A stretch of 64,000 bases of DNA, from the NCBI GenBank assembly GCA_032718475.1, contig JAUCBJ010003249.1:7988-71987 (forward strand). The letters run 5' to 3'. Numbering within the stretch: the first letter of the stretch is position 1; every line of letters starts with the position of its first letter. The position numbers and the translations under genes were made by a program. Source of the stretch: Nemertoderma westbladi (lineage: Eukaryota; Animalia; Xenacoelomorpha). The notes below the pieces were generated by a model, which was not told where the DNA came from, did not search any database, and worked only from the letters and a program-made list of their open reading frames with translations. Below, one piece after another: positions 1 to 11,676 of this stretch.

Positions 1-162
1 TATTATAATATTAATGTTTAATAATCAATCACCTTATGAGTTTAAAGTGGAATGAATTATCATTATTCTATTGCCGAATATAAATAAATAAACAGTCATA
101 TGAATTATGCAAATAAATATATGATTTAATTGTTCATTCGAACGTCACTGGTGTACGTGGTT

Positions 163-1983
163 CTACACTCTACCCGTCAGGGTCACATAGAAGTTCGATG
201 AACGACGGCCACTCCGTCCCATAAATATTGGTTCCGGCTCCGGCTGACAACACGAACAAAATATATCGCTGAACGCCCTGGACTGTAAATCCCGGTAGTT
301 GCCGCTCTCGGGTGCGTCGGTACACTCATTAATAAAAGTCTCCAGGGGAGTCGCTACCCCGTTGCCACGTAACGACTTGACCTCCTCAAAAGTGCCGATA
401 ATCACGGAGATGAAGACACTGAGGACAATGTAGATGAACAGAGAGATGAAAGTGTAGAGATAGACCCGAGAGAAGTACCAAATCCCGGGAGATTCGTCGT
501 AATTGATACCGGCGAAGGTTGCGAACATATCGTCGCCGTTGATCAGGGAGAACAGACACTCTGAGGAACGTGTTAGGGTGCGGAACTTGTAGTGGAACGG
601 CCCGATGACAACCCAACCGCAGAACACGAACCCGAGGTAGAGCATCCCGGCGCAGACCATGAACCTGAGGACGCGAGGAAGGGCCATCTTAAGGGTGACA
701 ATGAGGAGACTGTACTCCTGGAAGAAGGTCAGGTATCTCAGGATCCCGATCCACGCGTAGAGGGTGGAGACCCCGAGGAGGACGCTGACAACGTTGTACT
801 CAAACATAAGGTTAACCTCGATGACGATCTTAAAGACACTACCGATAACCGTCATAAAATCCGCTATTATAATAAGAATATACCAAAAGTTAACGAACTT
901 TAACTTTTCATTTCGACTAAGTTTTAATATATTGCGAGTTTCAAGAAAGATAATGCTTTCTTTGAGGAGGTAGTGAGCTTTAATAAGTGAACGAAGGCAC
1001 AGCGCTAAGGATAGAGAGCATAAGGCGATCACAACAACATCGTAGACCTTAGTGAATACAGTGAAGTTGAAGGTGTTAGACGGATAGGAGATATTGGATC
1101 TGCACTGGAGGTACTCCGGGGTAACCGTCATGGAAACCGGAACCTTCCCATTGAATCCGGAATTGTCGAATTTGATTTCGAGGAGGAAGTTGTAGCAATC
1201 GGGGTCCCAGTCTACGTTCATGGGTTTAACATGGACCGCCTTGAGGTTGTAGGTGATGTCAACGGACACCAGACGCTCCCAACTCATAGCAAAGTCATTC
1301 TCAACAAGCCAGTCAACTATACTGAAGTTCTTTGGAGGAATGTTAGTGGCGGAAGACCAGAGGTATTCGCAGCTCCTACGTTGGTTCGTGTTGAATCGTA
1401 TTGTTTCATTGGCGGCGTTTATCTGTCCGTCTATCATGTAGGTCATGCAGTACATCATAGGGGGGACTCCGTCCCCCTCCAGCGCGTGGGCGTACGCCCC
1501 TATCGTTTTATTCTCCATATCTATGTACGCCTGGACGGCAAAGTCAACGATATCGTTGAAATCTTCCTTGAGGTAGATCGAGTATGGGAACTTAATGACT
1601 CTATATCCGGGTTCCCCGTCCGAGACATCCCAATCTTTGAGCATCAGCAGTCGGAATGTACTCGCGCTGTCCTGTATGAATGTTGTAACGGAGGAATGTT
1701 CCTTACTAAACAGATACAGTTGGGTCGTCACAACGAGAATCTTAATTACCTGGAGTATCAGCTTGAATGGTTTTCGGCCTCGGGCTCTGAATTTCTGGCA
1801 CGGGTTCATAAAGTGAAACTTTAACTTTTTGCGAAGTCGGTCCTCCTGAGTGAGGTGAATAGACTGATTGTTCGACTCCTGTATAGACCCGTAACTATGG
1901 TAACTATCACTGGTAATGGAAGAGCGATTGGTTGAATGTCTATTCCTCTCCATTCTGACACTTCCGTTATCCGGATTCACCAT
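163..1983 (-). CDS. MCOLN: Mucolipin / TRPML lysosomal cation channel, single-exon CDS (606 aa)
   Basis: RLRKKLKFHFMNPCQKFRARGRKPFKLILQ N-terminal motif, large luminal loop, six TM segments, pore signature SECLFSLINGDDMFATF, S6 YLYTFISLFIYIVLSVFI, C-terminal CSCC. Confidence 0.97.
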   Translation of the reverse strand: MVNPDNGSVRMERNRHSTNRSSITSDSYHSYGSIQESNNQSIHLTQEDRLRKKLKFHFMNPCQKFRARGRKPFKLILQVIKILVVTTQLYLFSKEHSSVTTFIQDSASTFRLLMLKDWDVSDGEPGYRVIKFPYSIYLKEDFNDIVDFAVQAYIDMENKTIGAYAHALEGDGVPPMMYCMTYMIDGQINAANETIRFNTNQRRSCEYLWSSATNIPPKNFSIVDWLVENDFAMSWERLVSVDITYNLKAVHVKPMNVDWDPDCYNFLLEIKFDNSGFNGKVPVSMTVTPEYLQCRSNISYPSNTFNFTVFTKVYDVVVIALCSLSLALCLRSLIKAHYLLKESIIFLETRNILKLSRNEKLKFVNFWYILIIIADFMTVIGSVFKIVIEVNLMFEYNVVSVLLGVSTLYAWIGILRYLTFFQEYSLLIVTLKMALPRVLRFMVCAGMLYLGFVFCGWVVIGPFHYKFRTLTRSSECLFSLINGDDMFATFAGINYDESPGIWYFSRVYLYTFISLFIYIVLSVFISVIIGTFEEVKSLRGNGVATPLETFINECTDAPESGNYRDLQSRAFSDIFCSCCQPEPEPIFMGRSGRRSSNFYVTLTGRV

Positions 1984-2819
1984 GACGTCACGACATCAAG
2001 TTTATATTTCAATCGCCAATTTTCCAACACCATTACATATAATCTATTGTAACTGAAATTATAACTGTATATAACTGAAAAAGTAATAAGTGAAGAAACG
2101 AGTGTGACATTTTTTTTTACAGTTTTATAATTTAATGACATCAACGTATATCCCGCAACAAAGTAAATAATTTTTCAACAAATACTTAATACAAATTGTT
2201 TAAACCAATAAAACCACCGACTACCATCCCAACTAGTTAAGGTACACCGTAGGAATGTACCGATGACCGGTATTGCATTGTCAGGGCAACACTTTATAGA
2301 TAAAGCCATATAAAACAAACAGAGAAGATAATAAAAAGCGTATAAAGGTGGCAGGGCTAATCCGATTCGATTGTTATCATTAAAATAAATGTAATTTGGT
2401 AATGTCGCATTGGGTTGGAAGCAAGGCGATCTATAAGTACAGTAAATAACTACTGCAATGCACTTATAGATCGGTTTGGTTGGATGTGATTACCAATCGC
2501 ATAGCTCGATGAACGCCAATGTTACATTTATAAATTAAACATTGAGCAGAAATCAAATAATACCAACTACTCTGCTAATACGCCTCACTACCGTCTCAAT
2601 AACATTAATACGAATTGCGTACAGATTAGAGCGGATAAATATATGAAATAGAATACGAGATATCCAAATGCAAATTAACATTTAACAAAAATGACATTTT
2701 ATGAATCTGGAATTTAAGTATCTGCAGACCGAAACGTTCTACATTATAATCCACCGAGGCCCGTTACTATAATAAGTGCCGGCATCGGCGGGAGACAACA
2801 GAAAATATGTTAAAAGACA

Positions 2820-4001
2820 ACAGTAAAGACAGTGGTACAGACAGTGGTACAGACACACATGGTGGTACAGACAGTGGTACAGACACACATGGTGGCACAG
2901 ACACACATGGTGGTACAGACACACATGGTGGTACAGACACACATGGTGGAACAGACACACATGGTGGCACAGACACACATGGTGGTTCAGACACACGTGG
3001 TGGCACAGACACACATGGTGGTACAGACACACATGGTGGTACAGACACACATGGTGGTACAAACACACATGGTGGTACAGACACACATGGTGGTACAGAC
3101 ACACATGGTGGTACAGACACACATGGTGGTACAGACACACATGGTGGTACAGACACACATGGTGGCACAGACACACATGGTGGTTCAGACACACGTGGTG
3201 GCACAGACACACATGGTGGTACAGACACACATGGTGGTACAGACACACATGGTGGCACAGACAGACAGACACACATGGTGGTTCAGACACACGTGGTGGC
3301 ACAGACACACATGGTGGTACAGACACACATGGTGGTACAGACACACATGGTGGTACAGACACACATGGTTGTACACACACACATGGTGGTACAAACACAC
3401 ATAGTCAGATAGTGGTACAGACACACATGGTGGTAAAGACACACATGGTGGCACAGACACACATGGTGGTTCAGACACACGTGGTGGCACAGACACACAT
3501 GGTGGTACAGACACACATGGTGGCACAGACAGAGACACACATGGTGGTACAGACACACATGGTGGTACAGACACACGTGGTGGCACAGACACACATGGTG
3601 GTACAGACACACATGGTGGTACAGACACACATGGTGGTACAAACACACATGGTGGTACAGACACACATGGTGGCACAGACACACATGGTGGAACAGACAC
3701 ACATGGTGGCACAGACACACATGGTGGTACAGACACACATGGTGGCACAGACACACATGGTGGTACAGACACACATGGTGGTACAGACACACATGGTGGC
3801 ACAGACACACATGGTGGAACATACACACATGGTGGCACAGACACACATGGTGGTACAGACACACATGGTGGCACAGACACACGTGGTGGTACAGACACAC
3901 ATGGTGGTACAGACACACATGGTGGCACAGACACACATGGTGGTACAGACACACATGGTGGTACAGACACACATGGTGGCACAGACACACATGGTGGTAC
4001 A
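2820..4001. repeat. 18-bp minisatellite (ACAGACACACATGGTGGT), about 63 copies
   Basis: Directly visible tandem array with ggtac/ggcac/ggttc variants. It generates the spurious GGTDTH, PPCVSV and HHVCLY ORFs. Confidence 0.97.
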
Positions 4002-4437
4002 AGTAAGTTGATTAGACCCTAGAGTTTGAACTCATCTAATTGTGGGGCTAAACAAAACCGCGAATCAACAGCAAACAAATATAATCATACAAAGGCCGCT
4101 TTCCAAATGACCGTGATTGTGTGTGCGGGACTGAAATCCATTATAGTCAGATGCCACGAACTATGGCTTTCGACTCGCACACACACTACGACTACAGTAC
4201 ACACACATACTGGCATTTGGAGAGCGTGCAGCCCCCCCCCCCCCCCATGTTCGCTAGTGATGGCTTATAGTTCTGCTCCAAGAAGGTCCCTGACCGGTCT
4301 GCCGGTTTTCTTATTTCGGGACAATCCAAAAAGTCAGTTATGCAAACTATAATCAGATACTATGAGTATGAGATAGTATTACTATACTATAACTATATAC
4401 CGGTACTCACTCACACAGCAACCGCACATTGATTTCA

Positions 4438-4586
4438 AGAGTTCAGATGGACTTCAGATGAACTTTCTGCTGCTCCCCCGAGCCGGTAGGCCTAAGAGTT
4501 CAGATGGACTTTCTGCTGCTCCCCCGAGCCGGTAGGCCTAAGAGTTCAGATGGACTTTCTGCTGCTCCCCCGAGCCGGTAGGCCTA
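4438..4586. repeat. 46-bp tandem triplication overlapping the DTWD1 C-terminus and stop codon
   Basis: CAGATGGACTTTCTGCTGCTCCCCCGAGCCGGTAGGCCTA recurs at 4501 and 4547, with a further diverged copy at about 4440-4500. Confidence 0.9.
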
Positions 4587-5317
4587 CAATTAATAAGTTT
4601 CCACATATAAGAATAAAAGAACAACATATCGTCAAACTGCCCTTCATAAGGCACCGACGCGAATTTATTGTGTAATTCGACTAGAGTCCAATAAATAGCT
4701 TCAATAGTTGCTAGGCATGTAGGTGGTTTCTTCTTCTGTGGTCGCCAGTAGGTAGTGTTATGGTTTGCCAAAGACACGCGAGTAATTCCTTGTAAATTCG
4801 AACTTCGTGATAATTGGTTTAAGGTTTGCCACGTACAGTCAAGGACAACAACATGTTTTGGTTGAAAAGGCAAATCTGAAATTGAAACTGCTTCGTTTCC
4901 AGGAAGCAACAATATACAATCCTTCTTTTCATCAGAGGTAAAATTAGGGAAATTAGGATATCTGTAAAACTCGACATCGTCTGGCGCTAACAATTTGGCA
5001 TGGATTGATGTGCTCTTTCCAGGTCGTTCTTGGCCATGTTTTACGATGCTAAGCTGTACGGGCATTTGTAGTTTAGGGATATTATCGGAATTCAGCGCTG
5101 AGCTGAGACATAAACAATCGTAACAAAACCACTTCCGCGATTTAAAGCATTGCGGGCAAACAGACCTCCCTGAAACATTTCGTAAAACATCGTGGTTAGA
5201 TATACTGAAACAGGAAAAGGGGTTCGGCGGACCCGGAGGTGCAGGAAGTACCGGTATCTTTACGGATTCAACAACAGCGCCATCCACTTCCACTCGCCGC
5301 TTCTTAACTTTGTCCAT
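4538..5317 (-). CDS. DTWD1: tRNA-uridine aminocarboxypropyltransferase 1 (DTW domain), single-exon CDS (about 259 aa from ATG at 5317)
   Basis: N-terminal RSVCPQCFKSRKWFCYDC, KHxxERxGKSTSIHAKLLAPDDV, VLDCTW (DTW motif), YWRPQ and LATIEAIY. Confidence 0.93.
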   Translation of the reverse strand: MDKVKKRRVEVDGAVVESVKIPVLPAPPGPPNPFSCFSISNHDVLRNVSGRSVCPQCFKSRKWFCYDCLCLSSALNSDNIPKLQMPVQLSIVKHGQERPGKSTSIHAKLLAPDDVEFYRYPNFPNFTSDEKKDCILLLPGNEAVSISDLPFQPKHVVVLDCTWQTLNQLSRSSNLQGITRVSLANHNTTYWRPQKKKPPTCLATIEAIYWTLVELHNKFASVPYEGQFDDMLFFYSYMWKLINCRPTGSGEQQKVHLNS

Positions 5318-5376
5318 ATTCCTGTATTCAGATAGGCCTACAGGCCTACCGTAGTCAGGTAGTTGTAGTAAGTACA

Positions 5377-5428
5377 ACCATGGCCTACTATATTATATAG
5401 TATTATATATAATATAGTAGGCCATGGT
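5377..5428. repeat. Short perfect palindrome (23-bp arms), probable tiny transposon-derived insertion
   Basis: ACCATGGCCTACTATATTATATA ... TATATAATATAGTAGGCCATGGT, with direct repeat GTACAAC at 5372-5378 and 5427-5433. Confidence 0.75.
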
Positions 5429-6966
5429 ACAACGCGCAATTTAGCCTAATACCTAACTAAACTGATACTAACAGACTAACCGATACTAAACCAGTAAACT
5501 GTAAAATAAAAATAATTCAATTCTGTTTACTGGTTTACAGGTTTATGTACTGCCTAACTACAGAACTGCATGTACTGCTCTACAGTGGGCCTACTACTCT
5601 TACACCTGCAGATCTGGAATTGGAATTGTTTATTGACATCAAAATACAGTAAAAATATTAAAAACATAGGCTATACGTTAAACGTTACACACAACAGTAC
5701 AATCGAAACTGAAACAAGTATTTACAAATTTATTCATTATTTATAATTAATTACAGTAGGCCTACACTGTAAATATTCGGTTTTATCGTTTGGGATATTA
5801 GATTACGGTAAGGTGTAGCTGTAGGACTTTACAATTATGGTATTGTATAACCGGTACTAAAAACAATAGATGAGAAACGGTTTGGCTTGAACAAATAAGT
5901 TTTTATGGGAGTGCACACTAAAAAGAATCATGATGATGTAGATGTGGATATAATTACAAATATTAAAAAAGGGGAACATACAGGCGCATAGGAAGCACAG
6001 GAAGGCGCTCAGGGAGCATACATACGGGCGCGGAATGATAACGGTTAACGGTACAGAGCAAAATATAATGATGTCGGGGATAACCTCATGAGACATAGTC
6101 TCGTTTCCATGGGGGTCCCCTGGCTATGCAGTGAATCGATCTGGCTATAAAATCATTATTGAAACTTAATAAAAAATGAAAAATAAAAAATAAATAAAAT
6201 ACAGAACACGGTTACGATACGATTAAAAAAAAAGAATGAGAGTTTTTGTTGGGATGGTTAAAAAGAATAGATGCATTGTTCTCGGGAGGATAAAAGGCTA
6301 AGTAAGTGAGTCTTTACTTTGTGTTTAAAGGATTCTACTGTGGTTAAGTACGCATACACTACTCAATACTGCAGTTGACAATCCGATGCTCCATACTCCA
6401 AATCCAGACTCTATCCCTGATCCGCATTCCCCACGAAGCTAAAGTTCGCCCTGTTCCTGGTGATGTGACGGTGGGATAAAGTCAAATGACATAAATATGC
6501 ACACCAAAAAACCTAAAAAGTTTATGAATTATTAAAATTTAACTTAAGACTGCTAATATATGTCTAATATTACCAAATTAATAATCAAACCAAATCAAAT
6601 GTATACTCTACTGTACAGTAAGTACTGTAGTTGCACCAATTGTTATCATTAAAAATTTTTACAACTGTTCACTGTTAAAACAAGAGAAAAAAATAAACAG
6701 GGGGCCCTACATATTAGGTTTTAAAATTAAGAGATTTGGTTTTGTGCCTTAGTTGCACCAACGAAACTTGTAGGCCTACTACTGTATGTAAATGCGGATA
6801 ATATACTAGCTGGTTTGTGAATTTTGCAAGATAGTATTTTTTAACACTATACTTAAAAGCAATTGAGGACGCTGAGTTGATAATTTTGGCGGGTAAGATC
6901 GTTGCACAGCTTTGGTACCGAGGAAACTCAAAGCCTCAAATGGTTTTTCGCCTCAACCGCGTTTAG

Positions 6967-7862
6967 CCCAGTGAAAAGTGCGCAAGCGTATCGCAAGCGT
7001 GCAACGCAGGCGTATCTCATGTGATTCCCAAGAGTTATGGCCCGACCTTTACGCAAGCGATCTACTTGAGTTATGTCACATAAATATCGCAACAACTTAC
7101 GTTCAGTCGCATAAAACTCACATGCGATTCACTTGCGACTTTCAAGCGTCATGGCGCATAAATATCGCAAAAATCTACTGGTTGTGAGTTTTGTGTAATA
7201 TATTGAGAACTTTGTGACAGAAAATATGATAGCAGTTGATTATTCCACTACTGTTTGATACTATGGGCTTCTGTATCATCTGCCTGCTGCACTTACCTTA
7301 CATTACATCACATTACACTCTCTAGACTTACAGTAGAACATTAGACATGCTGTATGAATCAATACTAGAAATGGTTGGTTATATAGAGGATAATACAAAT
7401 AGATTAGAATAACCATGATACACTTTTAATTATTCCCTATAATTTTCAATTCTATAAAATATATTAATATAATCTCTGAATTCGACAGCCATATTAGATA
7501 ATTCGTATTCATCAATTTTATATTTTAAAACTATTTATTTCTTGATAGGCAACTTTATTTTAATTAATAATCTTTAGTGTAATTAATAACATGCGATACA
7601 CATGGGAATTGACGCATGAGATTCTCATGGTGTAAAACATGCGTAAAATAAGCGTTAAATGAGGTGTGATTCGCATGCGATTTTCATACACGGAATCACA
7701 TGCGTAAAATTAAGTTGTGAATCGCATGCGTGGAATCGCTTCCCTATTTTACATGTGAATCACATGCGAATCACAAGAGTTTTATCGCTATTTATTGAGC
7801 CGCAATAAAAACGCATGACGCTTTAAAATCACTTGCGATACGCATGCGCATTTTTCACTGGG
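6967..7862. mobile_element. Non-autonomous DNA transposon, CMC/EnSpm-like (CCC...GGG ends, 2-bp TSD)
   Basis: About 31-bp TIRs CCCAGTGAAAAGTGCGCAAGCGTATCGCAAG / CTTGCGATACGCATGCGCATTTTTCACTGGG, AG on both flanks, subterminal CGCATG/TCACATG repeats, no coding ORF. Confidence 0.75.
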
Positions 7863-9226
7863 AGTATGCTGTAGCGAATTAGGGGTTAGTGCTATACAGT
7901 ATATCACATTGGATATAACATAGAGACTCTGATACGCCTTTGCTTCTACTGTACTTGTATGGATATCCATGCCTATAGAGTCAATCACTGTCATGTAATC
8001 TCAGTTACTGTAAGTGTTTTTGCCTAGGATATGCTCACGTGAGAACTAAAAGGGATACAATGTTAGAACAACATGACTCATATTTTAAAATTGTCTGTAT
8101 TAGGAGGGTTTTTTATTCAAACACTACTAATATTACAAACTAATAAATATATTGCTTTGGGGTTTTTCATAGGTCGGTGATTTCATTTACGCCGTCAGTT
8201 TTCACATGTTATGGAATATAGATAGGCTATTCTGTACAGTAGGTCTAATAGCTATAGTCATTGCCCGGGTATTACATTTGATTGTTCGATATATTGTAGG
8301 TTGACTAGTTTGACTAGGTTGTCTTTTTATTTCAAGTGTATGTCTTCAGGCTAGTTTGTCAGTCGGTATGTCTTTCTGTCCATCTTAAACTGGGGGGAAA
8401 CTTGACGCAAATCCCATCTCGGGGCTTCAATCAATTCTAAATCATCACTTTAAGAGAACTGAGCTGAGCAGGTTACATTATTGGGACATTATTCTGACCA
8501 AATCAATAAATTAAAAATAATATAACAGGTTTACAGTTTATTTTTGGGAGCAATCTGTTATTTGCGTCAATTTTCTCCTGGGAGAGGGATGAATTTTGAT
8601 TCAAGCCACTGAATTACACACTATATTCCAGGACATGGTGTAAATAAAAGTTGATAAATATTTCTTTATAATGTTTATGATATTAAATGTTAATTTTATT
8701 ATTTCTTTGTTATAAATTTGATGGCCTCAATGGGCCACCACAGATGAGAAACATGTCAGCTCTTCATTGATGCCATCAACACATTATTATAAGGTAGCGG
8801 GAAATTTGAATTCACCAAAGAGCAAACCTGTTTTAACAGGACAGTACTGCAGCAGTACTGCAGTAGGCCTACCACTGTTAGTTGTAGTACCGGTAATCGG
8901 TATTACTGTGAACTGTATTAATTTGTTATAGTATTCCTTGCCATGAGGCATGAACCTAACTGACTGCCGGACTTAACAGTATCGTTCATACTGCCAGACT
9001 GCAGTGGAGCAGCGCCAGTCTGTCAGTACCTGAGTACTGTGCCGTACAAACTTTGACCCAAGCAGCAAGAACTGAATAAGGCTATCTAAATGTTGTTTAG
9101 TTAGATGGCCTTGCTTTGAACCTAAAGCCGTTTCTTGCAATTAGACCCAATGTGTACCGATTTAATCCATTACTGCATTACCTATTACCGGTACCAGGGT
9201 ACGCGGTAAGTACTGAAGTAAAATCA

Positions 9227-9775
9227 ATGGCAAAGAATCCAACAACCGATGAATATATAATCTGTCCGTACAACGAAACTCATAGGATTAGAACAACTCG
9301 CATGGTCTACCATCTACAAAAATGTCGGAAGAATTACCCCAACGTTGCCATGGAAACATGTCCATACAACGCGAAACATCTGTTCCCAGCGCCAGAGAAA
9401 CGCCGCCACATGGAGAACTGCGTAGATCAGAAGATGATGGACCTGGACTTCCAGCAGGCGCGGCAGATAGGCGCGTCCAACTACAAACACGGCGACTTAT
9501 CGCTGCCACCTGACCTAGGGGCGCGGTTGGCCCAGTACCAGGACAACGAAGAATGGGAGCAGGACGGGGGTTACGGTCTGCCTAAGGTCCGGTTCGATTG
9601 CAACGTTGGGTTCGAGGGAGGTGCAACGGAGTGTGCTGCAAACAGCGCGGTGCAGCACAGAGCCCCGATGCTACGCAAGGTACCCGAGCCATTGGGACGG
9701 GCGCAGCTCAGGCTCACTTCCTCCACCAACAAACTCAAGAACCCAGGGCGTATAGCAGCCCAGACACCCGAGTGA
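9227..9775 (+). CDS. GTSF1: Gametocyte-specific factor 1 (GTSF1/Asterix-like, tandem CHHC zinc fingers; piRNA pathway), single-exon CDS (182 aa)
   Basis: Two U11-48K-type CHHC fingers, CPYNETHRI...HLQKC and CPYNAKHLF...HMENC, followed by an acidic Trp-containing segment (DNEEWE). ATG at 9227. Confidence 0.9.
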   Translation: MAKNPTTDEYIICPYNETHRIRTTRMVYHLQKCRKNYPNVAMETCPYNAKHLFPAPEKRRHMENCVDQKMMDLDFQQARQIGASNYKHGDLSLPPDLGARLAQYQDNEEWEQDGGYGLPKVRFDCNVGFEGGATECAANSAVQHRAPMLRKVPEPLGRAQLRLTSSTNKLKNPGRIAAQTPE

Positions 9776-10264
9776 GACTATATATTTCTATGGGAACTTA
9801 TCTGATATTGGGTGATAAGTAAAACGCTCATGCTCAATGCTCGCACCAGATAAATATCGGTCCTATTTAGTGTTAAAACAATGCGATACCAAATGAATAG
9901 GACGCAAATAATTGTTAATGCTTAGTATCTTTTTATATCATTTTGCTGTCTCGTATACTCTTATATTGTTTACATATTATAGACCAGAGGCAATTATTAT
10001 GAATTGGGATTATCAAACATGGCGAAGTAACTTGATTTAATTCAATTAATACATTAATACATGTCTATAATCCAATCACACAATATTGAAATTGAAGACG
10101 TATTTATTCATACATATGAATATTTTCAAATATAGCACAACTTAATTAATATTAATATATAAGGAATATCATTAAAAGGTATCTTATTAAATAGTAGATG
10201 AGGGTGAGTTATTCAATTTATATAATTGGTGTATTCGTCGATGTCGATGTTGCAATATGTGGAA

Positions 10265-10615
10265 TAACTCTGACTGATAAAATATGCAGAACAACTGAAG
10301 CTGACTGATAAAATATACGAAGCAACTGGCTGATAAAATATACGGAACAACTGACTGATAAAAAATATACGGAGCAACTGACTGATAAAAAATATACGGA
10401 GCAACTGACTGGTAAAATATACGGAACAACTGATGATACACTTAGATAGACATAGATACACATAGAAATCACTTAAGGATGCAAGGCAGAGATGCGCCCT
10501 GCGGTCCCTTCAAAGCATTCGTACCGAACCGAAAACTGCCTTGGCCCATGCGGGGATTGAACCCACGAATTCTGAGTGATATGAACTCAATGCAACCACT
10601 ACACCAAGGTGGAAC
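10265..10615 (-). mobile_element. tRNA-derived SINE with downstream short tandem repeats
   Basis: Minus strand has an A box (TGGTGTAGTGG) and a B box (GGTTCAATCCC) at about 10610-10545, a unique body, then about seven 22-25-bp ATCAGTCAGTTGCTCCGTATATTT-like repeats. No intact cloverleaf. Confidence 0.65.
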
Positions 10616-10626
10616 ACTCCCTTAAT

Positions 10627-11290
10627 TTAGATTGAATTCCATTGCCGGTGCCGAGACTGTAGTGGGTTTGTAAATATGTAAATAAGATTATGCACTGGCT
10701 GGTCTTCACGGCGAAAGCAATGTCCTGCAAAGCGGAGGCGATTTTGTTCTAGTGTCAAGCTTGGAGGAGCCAATGAGACACCTTCAATGTTATATAGTGT
10801 CTGGTTGGAGATGTGTGCATTGTACTTGACACAATGAACCCGGCGTAGCATTCTTGTGAATGTGCCATCCAGAGATTTGGTGTCCTCAGCAGTTAGAGCC
10901 CAGCATGGACTCCCATAGAGGAGTACTGGAACTACTGCTGCTCTAAATAATCGGACCTTAAGTTTCCGATTAATTCTCAGTGACTTCCAAATCCTGGAAA
11001 GCCTATTCAAGGCTGCCCATGCCTTTCCCTTACGTATAAGTTTCCGATTAATTCTCAGTGACTTCCAAATCCTGGAAAGCCTATTCAAGGCTGCCCATGC
11101 CTTTCCCTTACGTATTCGAAGGTCCTCACCTGACTTCCGGATCCATGATCCCAGGTAACAGAAGTCATCCACATGCTCAAGCATACCATCTTTTGAGCTT
11201 ATGCTCATCCGATCAGAGACTTGATGAGGACTTTCAAAGTTAACTGTCAAAATTTTGGTCTTTCTGGAGTTAATAAAAAGACCAATGGAA
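10627..11290 (-). mobile_element. RTE-like LINE fragment (RT C-terminal region) with an internal 78-bp tandem duplication
   Basis: GLFINSRKTK, VDDFCYLGSWI, IRKGKAWAALNRLSRIWKS (twice), LFRAAVVPVLLYGS and RLRFAGHCFR. Confidence 0.85.
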
Positions 11291-11327
11291 TACTAAATAT
11301 AGAGTATATCTATATTTAGTATTCCAT
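11285..11327. repeat. Short palindrome (19-bp arms) at the 5' break of the RTE fragment
   Basis: ATGGAATACTAAATATAGA-GTATA-TCTATATTTAGTATTCCAT. Confidence 0.75.
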
Positions 11328-11676
11328 GGGTCGCCTTGTGTGCAACATTAATTCATAGGAGATTTTATTTGTAATTATTAAAAAATAATTATTATTATTA
11401 AAAATACAATTCCCATAGCAATATGCGAAAATTAACAATAAACTGTATTATTGTTGGACAGATAATTTGCGCGGGAAGTTTCAAATTGTTAAAGTAATTA
11501 TTTGGCTTCGTCATGTCATCTGCTTTGTGAATGCGATTTGGCTGAAACCTGCAGTGGTATGTTATTTGTTGCACTTGTGCTTTATTGAAAAGTTGTTGCC
11601 ATTTCGTTTTACAGTATCTGTGACACTGCCAGCAGCCCCATCCGGTCTATTACCAGTAAAACAATTACTAAAGATC

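Noticed and set aside
386-1824. Overlapping or antisense ORFs within mucolipin (and similar ones within GTSF1 and XRCC3)
   Set aside because: Shadow ORFs from codon bias with no recognisable motifs.
2739-4011. His/Gly- or Cys/Pro-rich repeat protein (GGTDTH, PPCVSV) from the 18-bp array, which ends at a GTAAGT donor-like site (4003)
   Set aside because: Several frames on both strands are open simply because the unit is 18 bp and stop-free. Internal frameshifts and a stop near 3410 break it, and there is no signal peptide or unique domain.
5615-6480. Possible LINE 3' remnant on the minus strand (ESFKHKVKTH-like peptide, AATAAAC-AATTCC tail)
   Set aside because: Too degenerate to assign family or boundaries from sequence alone.
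9116-9226. N-terminal extensions of the GTSF1, XRCC3 (11467-11676) and DTWD1 (5318-5377) ORF calls
   Set aside because: They start at non-ATG codons under a bacterial-style ORF caller; the first in-frame ATG was used instead.
10541-10615. Functional tRNA gene
   Set aside because: A and B boxes are present, but the stems do not close into a cloverleaf and it continues into a SINE-like body. The same applies to 20255-20320.
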